Counted from the stretch's first letter, positions 10,177 through 19,105 are shown. The stretch is DNA of 32,000 bases from Demequinaceae bacterium (GCA_965250005.1 OZ252279.1:1020001-1052000); one strand, 5' to 3'. Numbers and translations are program-made. The notes: generated by a model not told the origin, from the sequence alone.

Positions 10177-13100
10177 ATGACAGTGGCCGGGACGCTAGAG
10201 GTCGACACCGCGCTGGGCACTAGCGCCGCTCAAATTGCGGACTTTGCACAAGCGCAGGGGGTGACACTTGGGGCCGAAATCTGGTGCGGGGACGTCCGCA
10301 TCGATCGCGGGCATCCCGCGGGCGTCTGGCCTCTGCTAGCGGGCGCATCGATTGGCCCGCAGCCAGGACTCCCGTGCGCGCCGACGGAAGGGCTCTCGCT
10401 CCTCACAATCGCCGGCCCGGACGTTGGGTCCTTCGTGCCGCTGAGAGATGGCGCGGTGGGCGTCGGACGGGCTCCCCAATCGCCCAACCCGGAGTCCGCC
10501 TTCCTCGCGATCGCCGATCCCCACATGTCGAAACGCCACTTCGAATTCATGGCGAGCCGCGACCTCACGGTGCGAGACTCCGGATCAACCAACGGCACGT
10601 ACATCTGGCGTGGCGCCATCCGCACGCGGGCAGCGCGTTCCCAGCCCGCGTTGCCCGGTGATGTCCTGCAGGCTGGGGCGTCTTGGCTCGCCGTTGTCGA
10701 CCCACACTCCCAGCAAGAGGACGGTGCACTTGGCCCCGATCCGTCGGGAGGAGGGCCATCTCGAGCAAACCCGGAGGCGCCCCTCCCCGATCTAGCGAAC
10801 CGGCTGGCCCCGCTCGTTGGCTCCCTCGCCATGGGCGTCATGATGGCGGCTACCACCGGGCGCTGGTGGTTCGCCGTGCTCGGTTTGGCCTACCCTGCCT
10901 ACGCGCTCGCGCCCGCCGTCCGCGCGCGGCTCGCGCGCAGCAGTCTCCCACCCAACTTCGCCATCACACCCTCGGACTTGCCTCAGTCACGGGATTTCTG
11001 GGGAACAGCTGCCCGCGGAAATATCGCGATCGAGGGGCCCGCCGATGCGGCGACGGCCTTCGCTCGTGCGGTGGTCCTTTCTCGCGGTCGCAAGACTCCC
11101 CCGGGCTCTTGGGCGGAACCATGGATGGACTGGCTTGAGGATCCGCTAGCGAGCGATGGCCACGTCACCTTGGTTGGGAACGACGCCGCCCCGTCATGGT
11201 GCGACACGGTGGTTGCTGTCTCACCGCGCGGAACGCGCATCCACCACGACGGGACAGTGTTCGAAGCGCCCGTCGTTGCCGTCTCTCTTGGTGTGGCCGA
11301 GAGTTGGGCGCGCCGCAAGGCTGGTTCGAGGGCACGGCGCGCCCTTCCCGCCCAAGTGCGGTGGGGGGATCTGTCGAGCGGCGAGCCGCCGAGTCCATCC
11401 CCGGTCGGCGCGCCCAGGAAGCTCGCGGCCCCCGTCGGGGTTAGTGAATCAGGCGCCTTCATGCTTGACCTCGACGAGCACGGCCCTCACCTGCTGGTCG
11501 CAGGTACCACCGGCGCCGGAAAATCGGCGTGCCTCGAGACGCTCGTTCTCTCGCTTGCGAGACGGTACTCGCCAGCGGACCTGGCAATCGCGGTCTTCGA
11601 CTTCAAGGGCGGCGCAGGTTTGGGATCGTGCCGCGACCTGCCCCACTCAGCGGGCACGTTGACGGATCTCGACGGCCACCTCGCGCGAAGAGCCCTTGCT
11701 GCGCTGTCGCACGAACTCACAGACCGCAAGGCTGCGCTGGTCAAAGCCGGGCACGCGTCCCTGGCCGAATGGGAAGCGGCGGGCGCGGCGCCACCGCGAC
11801 TGCTCGTGGTGGCCGATGAATACCAGGAACTCACGGTGAGCTACCCGGAGTTCCTTCCGGACCTCGCGCGGCTAGCCGCACAGGGCCGCTCGCTCGGGCT
11901 ACACCTCGTGCTCGCGACCCAGCGGCCCGCCGGCGCAGTAACTCCGGAGATCCGTGCCAACATCGGCACAACGATCGCGCTTCGCGTGAACTCTGATGCG
12001 GAATCGCGAGACCTCGTCGGCACGTCCGATGCCGCGAGCATCCCCCGAACATTTCCGGGGCGAGCCATCATTGCCACCGGCGAAGCGCGCACGATTGTGC
12101 AAATGGCGCTGCCCGTCCTCGATCCAACCCCGCCGGTCACCAACGCTCACGCTCCTCGCAGCGCTGGCTCGGCGGATCACCTCGCGGACGCCATCCGGGC
12201 CGCGCACTCCACGCAGACCGCTCAACCGCTGTGGCTCGCGCCGTTGCCGCCGTCACTTCCACTCGAGTCCGAGGCCCCTCCCCTGGCAACAGGCGCCCTC
12301 TGGCTCGGCCGCGGCGACGTCCCCGCCGCGCGGCGTCAGCCGGCCCTGCACTGGGAGTTCGCACGCGGCGCAATCGTGATCGCGGGGCCTCCGGGTTCGG
12401 GACGCACCTCAGCGCTCAGGCTGCTGGGCGCGCAAGCCAAATCCAGCGGACTCAGGCCGGTATGGCTCCCGGCAGATCCTCGCGAAGCGGCGCGAACCAT
12501 CGCGCTTGTCGGCGACGATCGAGAGGTCCTCCTACTCGTCGACGACGCCGACCGGGCACTGGCCGACTTGCTCGGCGTTGACCATGGTCGCGGCGCCGAA
12601 GCGCTCGGGAAGCGGGTCACCAGCGCTCCGATTGCACTTGCCGTTCCCGTCACCGGCTCATTGCGCATCGCGTCGCAGGCCACGACGCGAGTCATTCTCG
12701 CCGGCGCGACGCCCACCGACGACGCGGTCTGGGGAGTTCCGCGCAATCTGCACGGCACCCAGCCACAACCGGGACGGGCGCGCGTGGGAATCGGCAACTC
12801 GTGGTGCGAAGCCCAGGTTGGATGGACCGACCATGCGGCTGACCAACCCGTGGTCCAATCCCTGCCCAGCACGGTGAACTCGGCGCTACTTGAGGGGCTA
12901 GAGCCCGGCAGCCTGGTGGTGGGTATCGGTGGCGACCATGCCGAGCCATGGGTGATCGATCCTGCGCGCGCGGTCCTGGTGATCGGTGCCGCATCAGCTG
13001 AGCGTGATCGCGTGCACGCCTCGCTGGTGGCGTCATGCGCGGCGCGTAAGGACGGCCCCTCCGTCAACGTTGTTGACAACCCTCTACTTGCCTCAAGGAG

Positions 13101-13275
13101 GGACCTCGACCAGGCCACGATGGTGCTTGCCGAGCCGTCGACGCGCACCGTGCGGGACGCATTCCGGGGCGACTCGGACGGGCTAGTTGACGCGCGCCCG
13201 CCGACGCTGCGGGTACTCATGGTGCAGGCCGGTGTGCCTGCGGCAGTCCAGCTTTCCGTGGCGCCGCTGGACTAG
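10177..13275 (+). CDS. FHA domain-containing FtsK/SpoIIIE ATPase (EccC/EssC-like)
   Basis: FHA signature VGRAPQ...DPHMSKRHFEFMASRDLTVRDSGSTNGTYIWRG, TM pair, FtsK core HLLVAGTTGAGKSACLETLVLSLARRYSP...AVFDFKGG...RLLVVADEYQEL...HLVLATQRPAGAVTPEIRANIGTTIALRV, then two further module remnants. ORF opens at 10135; exact start uncertain. Confidence 0.88.
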   Translation: MTVAGTLEVDTALGTSAAQIADFAQAQGVTLGAEIWCGDVRIDRGHPAGVWPLLAGASIGPQPGLPCAPTEGLSLLTIAGPDVGSFVPLRDGAVGVGRAPQSPNPESAFLAIADPHMSKRHFEFMASRDLTVRDSGSTNGTYIWRGAIRTRAARSQPALPGDVLQAGASWLAVVDPHSQQEDGALGPDPSGGGPSRANPEAPLPDLANRLAPLVGSLAMGVMMAATTGRWWFAVLGLAYPAYALAPAVRARLARSSLPPNFAITPSDLPQSRDFWGTAARGNIAIEGPADAATAFARAVVLSRGRKTPPGSWAEPWMDWLEDPLASDGHVTLVGNDAAPSWCDTVVAVSPRGTRIHHDGTVFEAPVVAVSLGVAESWARRKAGSRARRALPAQVRWGDLSSGEPPSPSPVGAPRKLAAPVGVSESGAFMLDLDEHGPHLLVAGTTGAGKSACLETLVLSLARRYSPADLAIAVFDFKGGAGLGSCRDLPHSAGTLTDLDGHLARRALAALSHELTDRKAALVKAGHASLAEWEAAGAAPPRLLVVADEYQELTVSYPEFLPDLARLAAQGRSLGLHLVLATQRPAGAVTPEIRANIGTTIALRVNSDAESRDLVGTSDAASIPRTFPGRAIIATGEARTIVQMALPVLDPTPPVTNAHAPRSAGSADHLADAIRAAHSTQTAQPLWLAPLPPSLPLESEAPPLATGALWLGRGDVPAARRQPALHWEFARGAIVIAGPPGSGRTSALRLLGAQAKSSGLRPVWLPADPREAARTIALVGDDREVLLLVDDADRALADLLGVDHGRGAEALGKRVTSAPIALAVPVTGSLRIASQATTRVILAGATPTDDAVWGVPRNLHGTQPQPGRARVGIGNSWCEAQVGWTDHAADQPVVQSLPSTVNSALLEGLEPGSLVVGIGGDHAEPWVIDPARAVLVIGAASAERDRVHASLVASCAARKDGPSVNVVDNPLLASRRDLDQATMVLAEPSTRTVRDAFRGDSDGLVDARPPTLRVLMVQAGVPAAVQLSVAPLD

Positions 13276-13285
13276 AGCGATGGGC

Positions 13286-13684
13286 TCAGCGTGACCGGGC
13301 TACTCTGCGGGCCGCCAGGATGACTCCCCAAGCCACGACGGCAACTGGGGCGAGAATCGCCAACGCGATCGCGGGCTGACTCGCGAGGAGCGGAATCCCA
13401 ACGCCCGCCTGCAGTATTTGCCAGGCGATTGCCGCGCCGAGCGCCCACCGGACGCCGCTCCACATCGCGCACGCAGTAAGCACCAGGCCAACCGCAATCA
13501 GTATCGCGAATCCGGCTATGAACGCGGCGGTATCCGCGCGCTCCACCTCACCGGTTACGCCAAAGCCGACGGTGGCGCCGGCCCACCCAAGCAGGCCCGC
13601 GGCTTCTACCCCGAGAGCGACTGAAGCCGCCTTCTCGGCAAAGGAGACCCTGTCTGTCCGGGCAACTTCGGGCGATTTCACCAT
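13286..13684 (-). CDS. Small membrane protein of unknown function
   Basis: 132 aa, four hydrophobic segments (AASVALGVEAAGLLGWAGATVGF, FIAGFAILIAVGLVLTACAMW, ALGAAIAWQILQAGVGIPLLA, ALAILAPVAVVAWGVIL); convergent with the FtsK gene. Confidence 0.7.
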   Translation of the reverse strand: MVKSPEVARTDRVSFAEKAASVALGVEAAGLLGWAGATVGFGVTGEVERADTAAFIAGFAILIAVGLVLTACAMWSGVRWALGAAIAWQILQAGVGIPLLASQPAIALAILAPVAVVAWGVILAARRVARSR

Positions 13685-13849
13685 GCAGATAACCTAGCGC
13701 GGCCGTAAGGTGTGAGCGGCGGCACAATGCTAGGCCCTTGTTATCTGTTGCCAATCATGAGATTCTTTTCCCCTAAGGCGTGTGAGGCCCTGCCCACTGC
13801 CTTGCCCTCAACGGTGAGTTTTCTATTACCCTGCCATCAAGGAGTTGCC

Positions 13850-14104
13850 ATGGACTGGCGCGACCGCGCTGAATGCCTCAATGTTGACGACCCGGAGCTT
13901 TTCTTCCCAGTCGGCAACACCGGGCCTGCCATTGTTCAGATCGAACTGGCCAAGGAAGTCTGCAACACGTGCGACGTGCGTGAGACGTGCCTGGCCTGGG
14001 CAATGGAACACAACCAGGACTCTGGAGTATGGGGTGGCCTTTCCGAGGACGAGCGCCGTTCGCTCAAGCGCCGCGCTGCACGCGCACGCCGCGCTTCCAA
14101 GTAA
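13850..14104 (+). CDS. whiB1: WhiB-family iron-sulfur regulator, WhiB1-like
   Basis: MDWRDRAECLNVDDPELFFPVGNTGPAIVQIELAKEVCNTCDVRETCLAWAMEHNQDSGVWGGLSEDERRSLKRRAARARR: four conserved Cys and GVWGG turn; RBS aaggag 8 nt upstream. Confidence 0.93.
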   Translation: MDWRDRAECLNVDDPELFFPVGNTGPAIVQIELAKEVCNTCDVRETCLAWAMEHNQDSGVWGGLSEDERRSLKRRAARARRASK

Positions 14105-14146
14105 CGCTATCGCAGGCCCGGCCTCGTACCGGGGCTGGCTCGCATC

Positions 14147-15601
14147 TTAGCGCCGCGGCCCAACAGTCACGTGCACATCTACCTCGCTGCCGCCGTTAAC
14201 AGCACGCCACTCGAGCGTGCCCCCTAACTCGTTCTCAACCAGCGTCGTAACGATCTGAGATCCGAGCCCTTCCGGCTGACCCGTCAATCCCACTCCGTCG
14301 TCCGCGATGACCACTCGAAGGTCATCCCCTTCGCGCTCTGCGCGCACAGTGATCGTGCCGTGTTCGCGGCCCTCGAAACCGTGCTCTACCGCGTTCGTCA
14401 CAAGTTCGGTGACGATCAACGCAAGCGACGAGGCCGCGGGCGCAGGGATGAGCCCAAAGTCGCCTTCCCTGACGATCTTTACCTGCACCGACGAGGACGC
14501 GATTTCAGCGGACATACGTGTGCTCCGCGCAGCAAGGTCATCGAAATTGACGAGCTCGTCGAGAGTGCCCGATAGGGTCTCGTGCACGAGAGCGATGGTG
14601 GCGACCCGCCGCATAGCTTCCCCGAGCGCCACTTTCGCCTCGGGAGCCTCGACTCGTCGGCTCTGGAGCCGCAAGAGTGCGGCGACGGTCTGGAGATTGT
14701 TCTTGACGCGGTGATGAATTTCGCGGATAGTCGCGTCCTTGGTGATCAACTCGCGCTCGCGCCTGCGAAGCTCCGAGACATCGCGGCACAGCAACAGGGC
14801 GCCCGTCCGCGTGCCGTCATCCGTCGTTGGGATAGCGCGCAGGGACAAACACGCGCCGTGAGCTTCGAGGTCGGTCCGCCACGCGGCCCGACCCATCACA
14901 ACCATCGCAAGGGTCTCGTCTATCGAGAGCTTGTCCGTGACGAGTTCACTGGTGAGTCGCGGCAGCGACCGGCCGACCAGCGTTCCCGTCACCCCCAGCC
15001 GGTGAAAGCAACTGAGCGCATTCGGGCTCGCGTAGGTCACATGGCCCTGACCGTCTAGCCTGACCACGCCGTCGCCTACGCGCGGCGCACCCCGCCGCGG
15101 GCCCGTGACGGACGTTTGCACGGGGAACTCTCCACGCATCACCATCTGCAGGAGCTCGTCGGCGGCTCCCTTGTAGTTGAGTTCAAGCCGGCTTGACGAG
15201 CGTGAGACCGCTTGCGAAACCTCGCGGGTCAAGACGGCAATGGTCTTTCCCTCCATCACGATCGGCAGCGCGTCCTCCCGCACCGCGTAGGACTCGTCCC
15301 AGCGCGGCTCGCGCGACGCGACCATCTCGCCCTGGTCGAAGGCCTGCTGAAGCGCGCCCACGCGGCCAGCAGGGATCAGAACGCCAACGACGTCATCTTG
15401 GTGGACGGTCGGGCCGGTGGATGGCCGACACTGCGCGATCGCGACGAACCCCTCCGGGATCTGCCTCCACATGACCAGGTCGGCGAACGAGAGGTCCGCA
15501 ATGACCTGCCAGTCGGCTGCAAGTTGGGCAAGCCATTCCTGCTGATCGGCGGGCATCGATCCGTAGCGTTCGGACGTCTCACGCAAGGTGGCCATGCGCA
15601 T
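14147..15601 (-). CDS. pdtaS: PdtaS-like sensor histidine kinase (HisKA_2 family)
   Basis: DLSFADLVMWRQIPEGFVAIAQCRPSTGPTVHQDDVVG N-terminus, PAS region, IHHRVKNNLQTVAALLRLQSRR H-box, LALIVTELVTNAVEHGFEG N-box; divergently placed next to whiB1-like gene. Confidence 0.9.
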   Translation of the reverse strand: MRMATLRETSERYGSMPADQQEWLAQLAADWQVIADLSFADLVMWRQIPEGFVAIAQCRPSTGPTVHQDDVVGVLIPAGRVGALQQAFDQGEMVASREPRWDESYAVREDALPIVMEGKTIAVLTREVSQAVSRSSSRLELNYKGAADELLQMVMRGEFPVQTSVTGPRRGAPRVGDGVVRLDGQGHVTYASPNALSCFHRLGVTGTLVGRSLPRLTSELVTDKLSIDETLAMVVMGRAAWRTDLEAHGACLSLRAIPTTDDGTRTGALLLCRDVSELRRRERELITKDATIREIHHRVKNNLQTVAALLRLQSRRVEAPEAKVALGEAMRRVATIALVHETLSGTLDELVNFDDLAARSTRMSAEIASSSVQVKIVREGDFGLIPAPAASSLALIVTELVTNAVEHGFEGREHGTITVRAEREGDDLRVVIADDGVGLTGQPEGLGSQIVTTLVENELGGTLEWRAVNGGSEVDVHVTVGPRR

Positions 15602-15657
15602 AGCCTAAGCCCGCGCGTCAAAGCGGTAATCTTGAATTCACAACCCAGGGGGTACAC

Positions 15658-16152
15658 ATGCAACAGCACTTCGAGCACAGGTTCGATGCCTCACCAGAGC
15701 GAGTACTCGCGATGTACAGCGATGCGGAGTTCGCTGCTGCGCGCGCAGTGGCGACAGGCGCAATCGAAAGCGATGTCGTGATCGACGGAGAGGTGGACAA
15801 TGCGTTCACGGTCGCCATCCGCCGCACCATGCCAACGGACGACGTCCAGCCGGACTTCAAGGGTTTCGTGGGCGACACGATTTCAGTGCGCTACACCGAA
15901 GCCTGGGAGGCTCCCGACGGCGACGGCCGCGTAGGGACGTTTGCTCTTGAGATCGTAGGTGCGCCCGCCCGTGCCGCAGGCGCCATCGCGATCGCGCCTG
16001 AAGGCTCGGGCTCCATCTTCACCATCGATACCACCGTGTCGACGTCGATGCCGTTCTTGGCCCAACTCGTGACCGAGGCGGTGGCCGAAGCGCTCGAGCG
16101 CGGCATCGCTCAGGAGTTCGAGACTGCGGACGCGTGGCTCGCCCGCGCGTGA
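15658..16152 (+). CDS. DUF2505 family protein (SRPBCC/START-like)
   Basis: MQQHFEHRFDASPERVLAMYSDAEFAAARAVATGAIES... pattern typical of actinobacterial DUF2505 proteins. Confidence 0.8.
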   Translation: MQQHFEHRFDASPERVLAMYSDAEFAAARAVATGAIESDVVIDGEVDNAFTVAIRRTMPTDDVQPDFKGFVGDTISVRYTEAWEAPDGDGRVGTFALEIVGAPARAAGAIAIAPEGSGSIFTIDTTVSTSMPFLAQLVTEAVAEALERGIAQEFETADAWLARA

Positions 16153-16538
16153 ATCGCGTACTCGCTGTCTCCATGTCGCTCGTCGCGTTGGGTGGCGCCA
16201 TCGGTGCGGTTGTGCGAAGCGTTATTGATTACGCGATTCCACACGCCGCAGGACCAGTCGCGTGGGACATCATCGCCGTCAACATGGTTGGCTCTCTTGC
16301 ACTGGGGATCATCGCCGGCCACATTGAGCAACGCACTGAGCCGCGATGGTACCCGCTGCTCGGGCCGGGCCTGCTTGGCGGATTTACCACATTCTCTGCG
16401 GCCGCCGCCGCACGTTGGGCGATTGAGACGCCATCCGGAATCGCGCTCGCACTCCTGGCTGGCACTATGCTCGCGGCCGTGGTCGCTGCCGGCGCAGGGT
16501 GGGCGTGGTCGGCGGCTCGCAGGAAGGCTGAAGCATGA
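16149..16538 (+). CDS. crcB: Fluoride channel/exporter FluC (CrcB), subunit 1
   Basis: GGAIGAVVRSVIDYAI, WDIIAVNMVGSLALGII, GLLGGFTTFSAAAAARW; GTG start overlaps DUF2505 stop (start approximate). Confidence 0.87.
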   Translation: MNRVLAVSMSLVALGGAIGAVVRSVIDYAIPHAAGPVAWDIIAVNMVGSLALGIIAGHIEQRTEPRWYPLLGPGLLGGFTTFSAAAAARWAIETPSGIALALLAGTMLAAVVAAGAGWAWSAARRKAEA

Positions 16539-16909
16539 GCATATTGCTGTTGGCTGGAATCGCGATCGGCGGCGCAATAGGCTCTGCGGTCCGCTACGGT
16601 GCAGGGCTGGCCTCGGCCGGCAGAGTATTCCCGTGGGGCACGTTCTGGGCCAATACTGTTGGCACCGCGCTGCTCGGGGCCGTCGCGGCCGCGACCCAAG
16701 CTGGGTCTCTTGGCGGCGCATGGGACCTCGCATTAGGCGCAGGCCTAGCTGGCGGATTGACCACATTCTCGACACTCGCGGTTGACGCTGCGGGGCTTTG
16801 GCGCCGTGGCGCACGGCGCATGGCCGCCAGCTATTTGATCGCCACCTTTGCCGCAGGCGCGGCGGCCGCCGCCGTTGGCTGGTCGGTAACAAGCGCGCTA
16901 GGTCCGTAG
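16535..16909 (+). CDS. crcB: Fluoride channel/exporter FluC (CrcB), subunit 2
   Basis: GIAIGGAIGSAVRYGAG, PWGTFWANTVGTALLG, GLAGGLTTFSTLAVDA; ATGA overlap with the preceding fluC. Confidence 0.9.
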   Translation: MSILLLAGIAIGGAIGSAVRYGAGLASAGRVFPWGTFWANTVGTALLGAVAAATQAGSLGGAWDLALGAGLAGGLTTFSTLAVDAAGLWRRGARRMAASYLIATFAAGAAAAAVGWSVTSALGP

Positions 16910-17188
16910 TGTGCGCAACGTGGTCGCTACAAGGTAACAAACCTATATGTGCGTGCGCCACGGGCCCGAGCGAGCGTTGAGAAATGTCCCGGAACCGCGC
17001 TCGGACTAGAAACCGTCGCAGGGGGCGTTTCTGCGGACTCCCTGGACACCAACTCTTTTCCTCCTCCGCGGCATTGGCGCTGGGGTACCTACACTGTTTA
17101 CACTCACGGTCAACGCCGACGTAGTCGTTCACCGCCGCAACAAGCTCAGCGAATTGCTTCGCCTGGTACCAGCCCACTAGGGAGAATC

Positions 17189-18409
17189 GTGACAGACGCA
17201 CACACAGTGCGGACCGCCGCACACGGCGTGGACTCGCTGATCACCTGCGACGGCTTGGTTCGGACCTTTCATGTGAAGAACGTTGAGGTGCCGGCACTTC
17301 AGGGGCTCGACCTACTGGTCGAACTCGGCGAAATGATTGCCATCGTCGGCAAGTCGGGATCGGGCAAGTCGACTCTCCTCAACGTCCTATCTGGCATGGA
17401 CCTACCCACTTCTGGCGCCGCGCGTGTCGCGGGCTGGGACCTGCTGAGCATGTCAACTGCGGACCGACTCTCGTACCGTCGCACGGTCGTGGGGTTTGTG
17501 CGACACAATTCGGGGCGCAACTTGCTTCCGTCGGTGACCGCGCGCGAGAATGTGATGCTCCCGATGGCTCACGGACGGGTGACCGGCCGCGAGCGCGTCA
17601 ACCGTGCGATGGAAATACTCGACATACTCGGTATGGCAGACAAGGCGACTCGACTCCCAGAACAGCTCTCAGACGGCGAGCAGCAGCGTGTTGCGATCGC
17701 GGCGGCCCTTGCAAACTTGCCGATTGTCTTGTTCGCTGATGAGCCCACGAGCGAACTTGACTCCGCCGCTGGAAACGACGTCTTCGAGGCACTGCGCAAC
17801 GCGAACCGCGCGCTGGGCGCCACGGTGGTCGTCGCGACGCACGACTCCAACGCTTCTAGAGAGGTTCAGCGCACCGTAGGCATCCGTAGCGGCCGCGCGG
17901 CCTCCGAAGTGGTGCGACGGTCTCAGATGGCCGCAGACGGGCGGCCAGAGGTCATCTCGGAGGAATACGCCGTGCTTGACCGCACTGGCCGTTTGCAGCT
18001 TCGCCAGGAGTATCGCAAGTCGCTCGAGGCCAAGAGTCGCGTGCGACTTGAACCTGATGTCGACCACCTTGGCGAACGGGACGGCAGCATTCCCCCCCGC
18101 GCTAAGGCGAATCCCTCAGCGACGCCCCCGCCGACGCCCGTAGCGGCTGGCCAGGCCGAACCGTTCACGCTCCCTGCCATACAGGAGCCTCCGGTCCCGG
18201 TTCGGTCTGCAGAGCCACGGTTGCACTTCACCGATGCGCAATCGCGACCGAACGCCGCTGAACAGGCCGCGCAAGTTCGCGCGGGCAATCCGCTGTCACC
18301 CTACGTCGATCAGCACCTCGCCGGCGAAGACCCGACCACAGGCATCGAGAAGTATGAACCAAAGCCCCCAGCCAAGCGCCGCAGCACAAGAAGGGAAAAG
18401 AAGTCATAA
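17189..18409 (+). CDS. ABC transporter ATP-binding protein (LolD/MacB-like) with AbrB-like segment and Pro-rich C-terminal tail
   Basis: Walker A GKSGSGKST, signature-like LSDGEQQRVAIAAAL, Walker B VLFADEPTSELD, H-loop VVVATHD; C-terminal YAVLDRTGRLQLRQEYRKSLEAKSRVRLE then proline-rich/basic tail ending RRSTRREKKS. GTG start chosen at 17189; ORF open from 16949. Confidence 0.9.
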   Translation: MTDAHTVRTAAHGVDSLITCDGLVRTFHVKNVEVPALQGLDLLVELGEMIAIVGKSGSGKSTLLNVLSGMDLPTSGAARVAGWDLLSMSTADRLSYRRTVVGFVRHNSGRNLLPSVTARENVMLPMAHGRVTGRERVNRAMEILDILGMADKATRLPEQLSDGEQQRVAIAAALANLPIVLFADEPTSELDSAAGNDVFEALRNANRALGATVVVATHDSNASREVQRTVGIRSGRAASEVVRRSQMAADGRPEVISEEYAVLDRTGRLQLRQEYRKSLEAKSRVRLEPDVDHLGERDGSIPPRAKANPSATPPPTPVAAGQAEPFTLPAIQEPPVPVRSAEPRLHFTDAQSRPNAAEQAAQVRAGNPLSPYVDQHLAGEDPTTGIEKYEPKPPAKRRSTRREKKS

Positions 18410-18633
18410 CAATCCCTCCGCCGCGACATCGGCGTGTTCGTCGCCGCCGGTGATCGAGACCGCGGACCGCTCAACATGGTCGGGCTCACCAAGCACGTGG
18501 GTCTCGCCTAAGCCGCAATCAAGGAGCCACCGCGCGAGGTGGTCAAGAACGAAGGGCTGACGGCGGAGAACAATTGAGCACTCACGCCACGGCCACCGAG
18601 TTCAGCGCAGTGTAGGCACGTACCCGTGAAATA

Positions 18634-18672
18634 GAGAAGCGTCCCTGCCCGCGAAGGCTAGGGACGCTTCTC
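18634..18672. terminator. Hairpin, probable (possibly bidirectional) transcription terminator
   Basis: Perfect 13-bp inverted repeat GAGAAGCGTCCCT / AGGGACGCTTCTC with 13-nt loop, just 3' of the DUF427 gene on the minus strand. Confidence 0.7.
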
Positions 18673-18691
18673 ACTTACTTGGTCCAGCCTG

Positions 18692-18973
18692 CTACGCTTC
18701 GACGCTCACGCCACGCCAGAACGCGACGTAGCCCGCGATATTCTCCGCGCGAGGTTTGGGCGTGTCGTAATGCCATGCCGCATCCTTGTTGATGTTGTCT
18801 CCCACCACGACGTCGTAATAGGCCGCCTCGCCCTTCCAGTGACAGGTGCTCGCCATGTCACTCGACTTGAAGTACTCCTTGTTGATGGCATCCGCCGGGA
18901 AGTAATGGTTTCCCTCGACGACGATCGTGTTGTCAGACTCTGCGATCACTGTGTCATTCCATACGGCCTTCAT
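18692..18973 (-). CDS. DUF427 family protein
   Basis: MKAVWNDTVIAESDNTIVVEGNHYFPADAINKEYFKSSDMASTCHWKGEAAYYDVVVGDNINKDAAWHYDTPKPRAENIAGYVAFWRGV matches the DUF427 pattern. Internal Met chosen from ORF 18692..19048. Confidence 0.9.
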   Translation of the reverse strand: MKAVWNDTVIAESDNTIVVEGNHYFPADAINKEYFKSSDMASTCHWKGEAAYYDVVVGDNINKDAAWHYDTPKPRAENIAGYVAFWRGVSVEA

Positions 18974-19105
18974 GTGGATGCTCCTCGCTATGGGGCGTCG
19001 CCGCCCGTTATGGAAGATGTAACGCCGCAGCGCGCGGGAGCATTCCATGTGCGCGAATCGATCGGGTATTTGTTGTGCCCGCTTGAAACCTCAAAGAAGT
19101 GCAAA

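Noticed and set aside
15602-16148. Possible fluoride riboswitch ahead of the fluC genes
   Set aside because: The region directly upstream is DUF2505 coding sequence with a GTGA overlap; no aptamer-like intergenic space.
16949-17188. N-terminal 80-aa extension of the ABC ATPase ORF
   Set aside because: Low-complexity Arg/Ser/Gln-rich translation; ABC domain homology begins after GTG 17189, so treated as upstream intergenic region.
16110-17222. 370-aa minus-strand ORF across the fluC pair and into the ABC upstream region
   Set aside because: Rich in Arg/Pro/Ser/Cys, no recognisable motif, overlaps two convincing fluC genes; typical high-GC spurious ORF.
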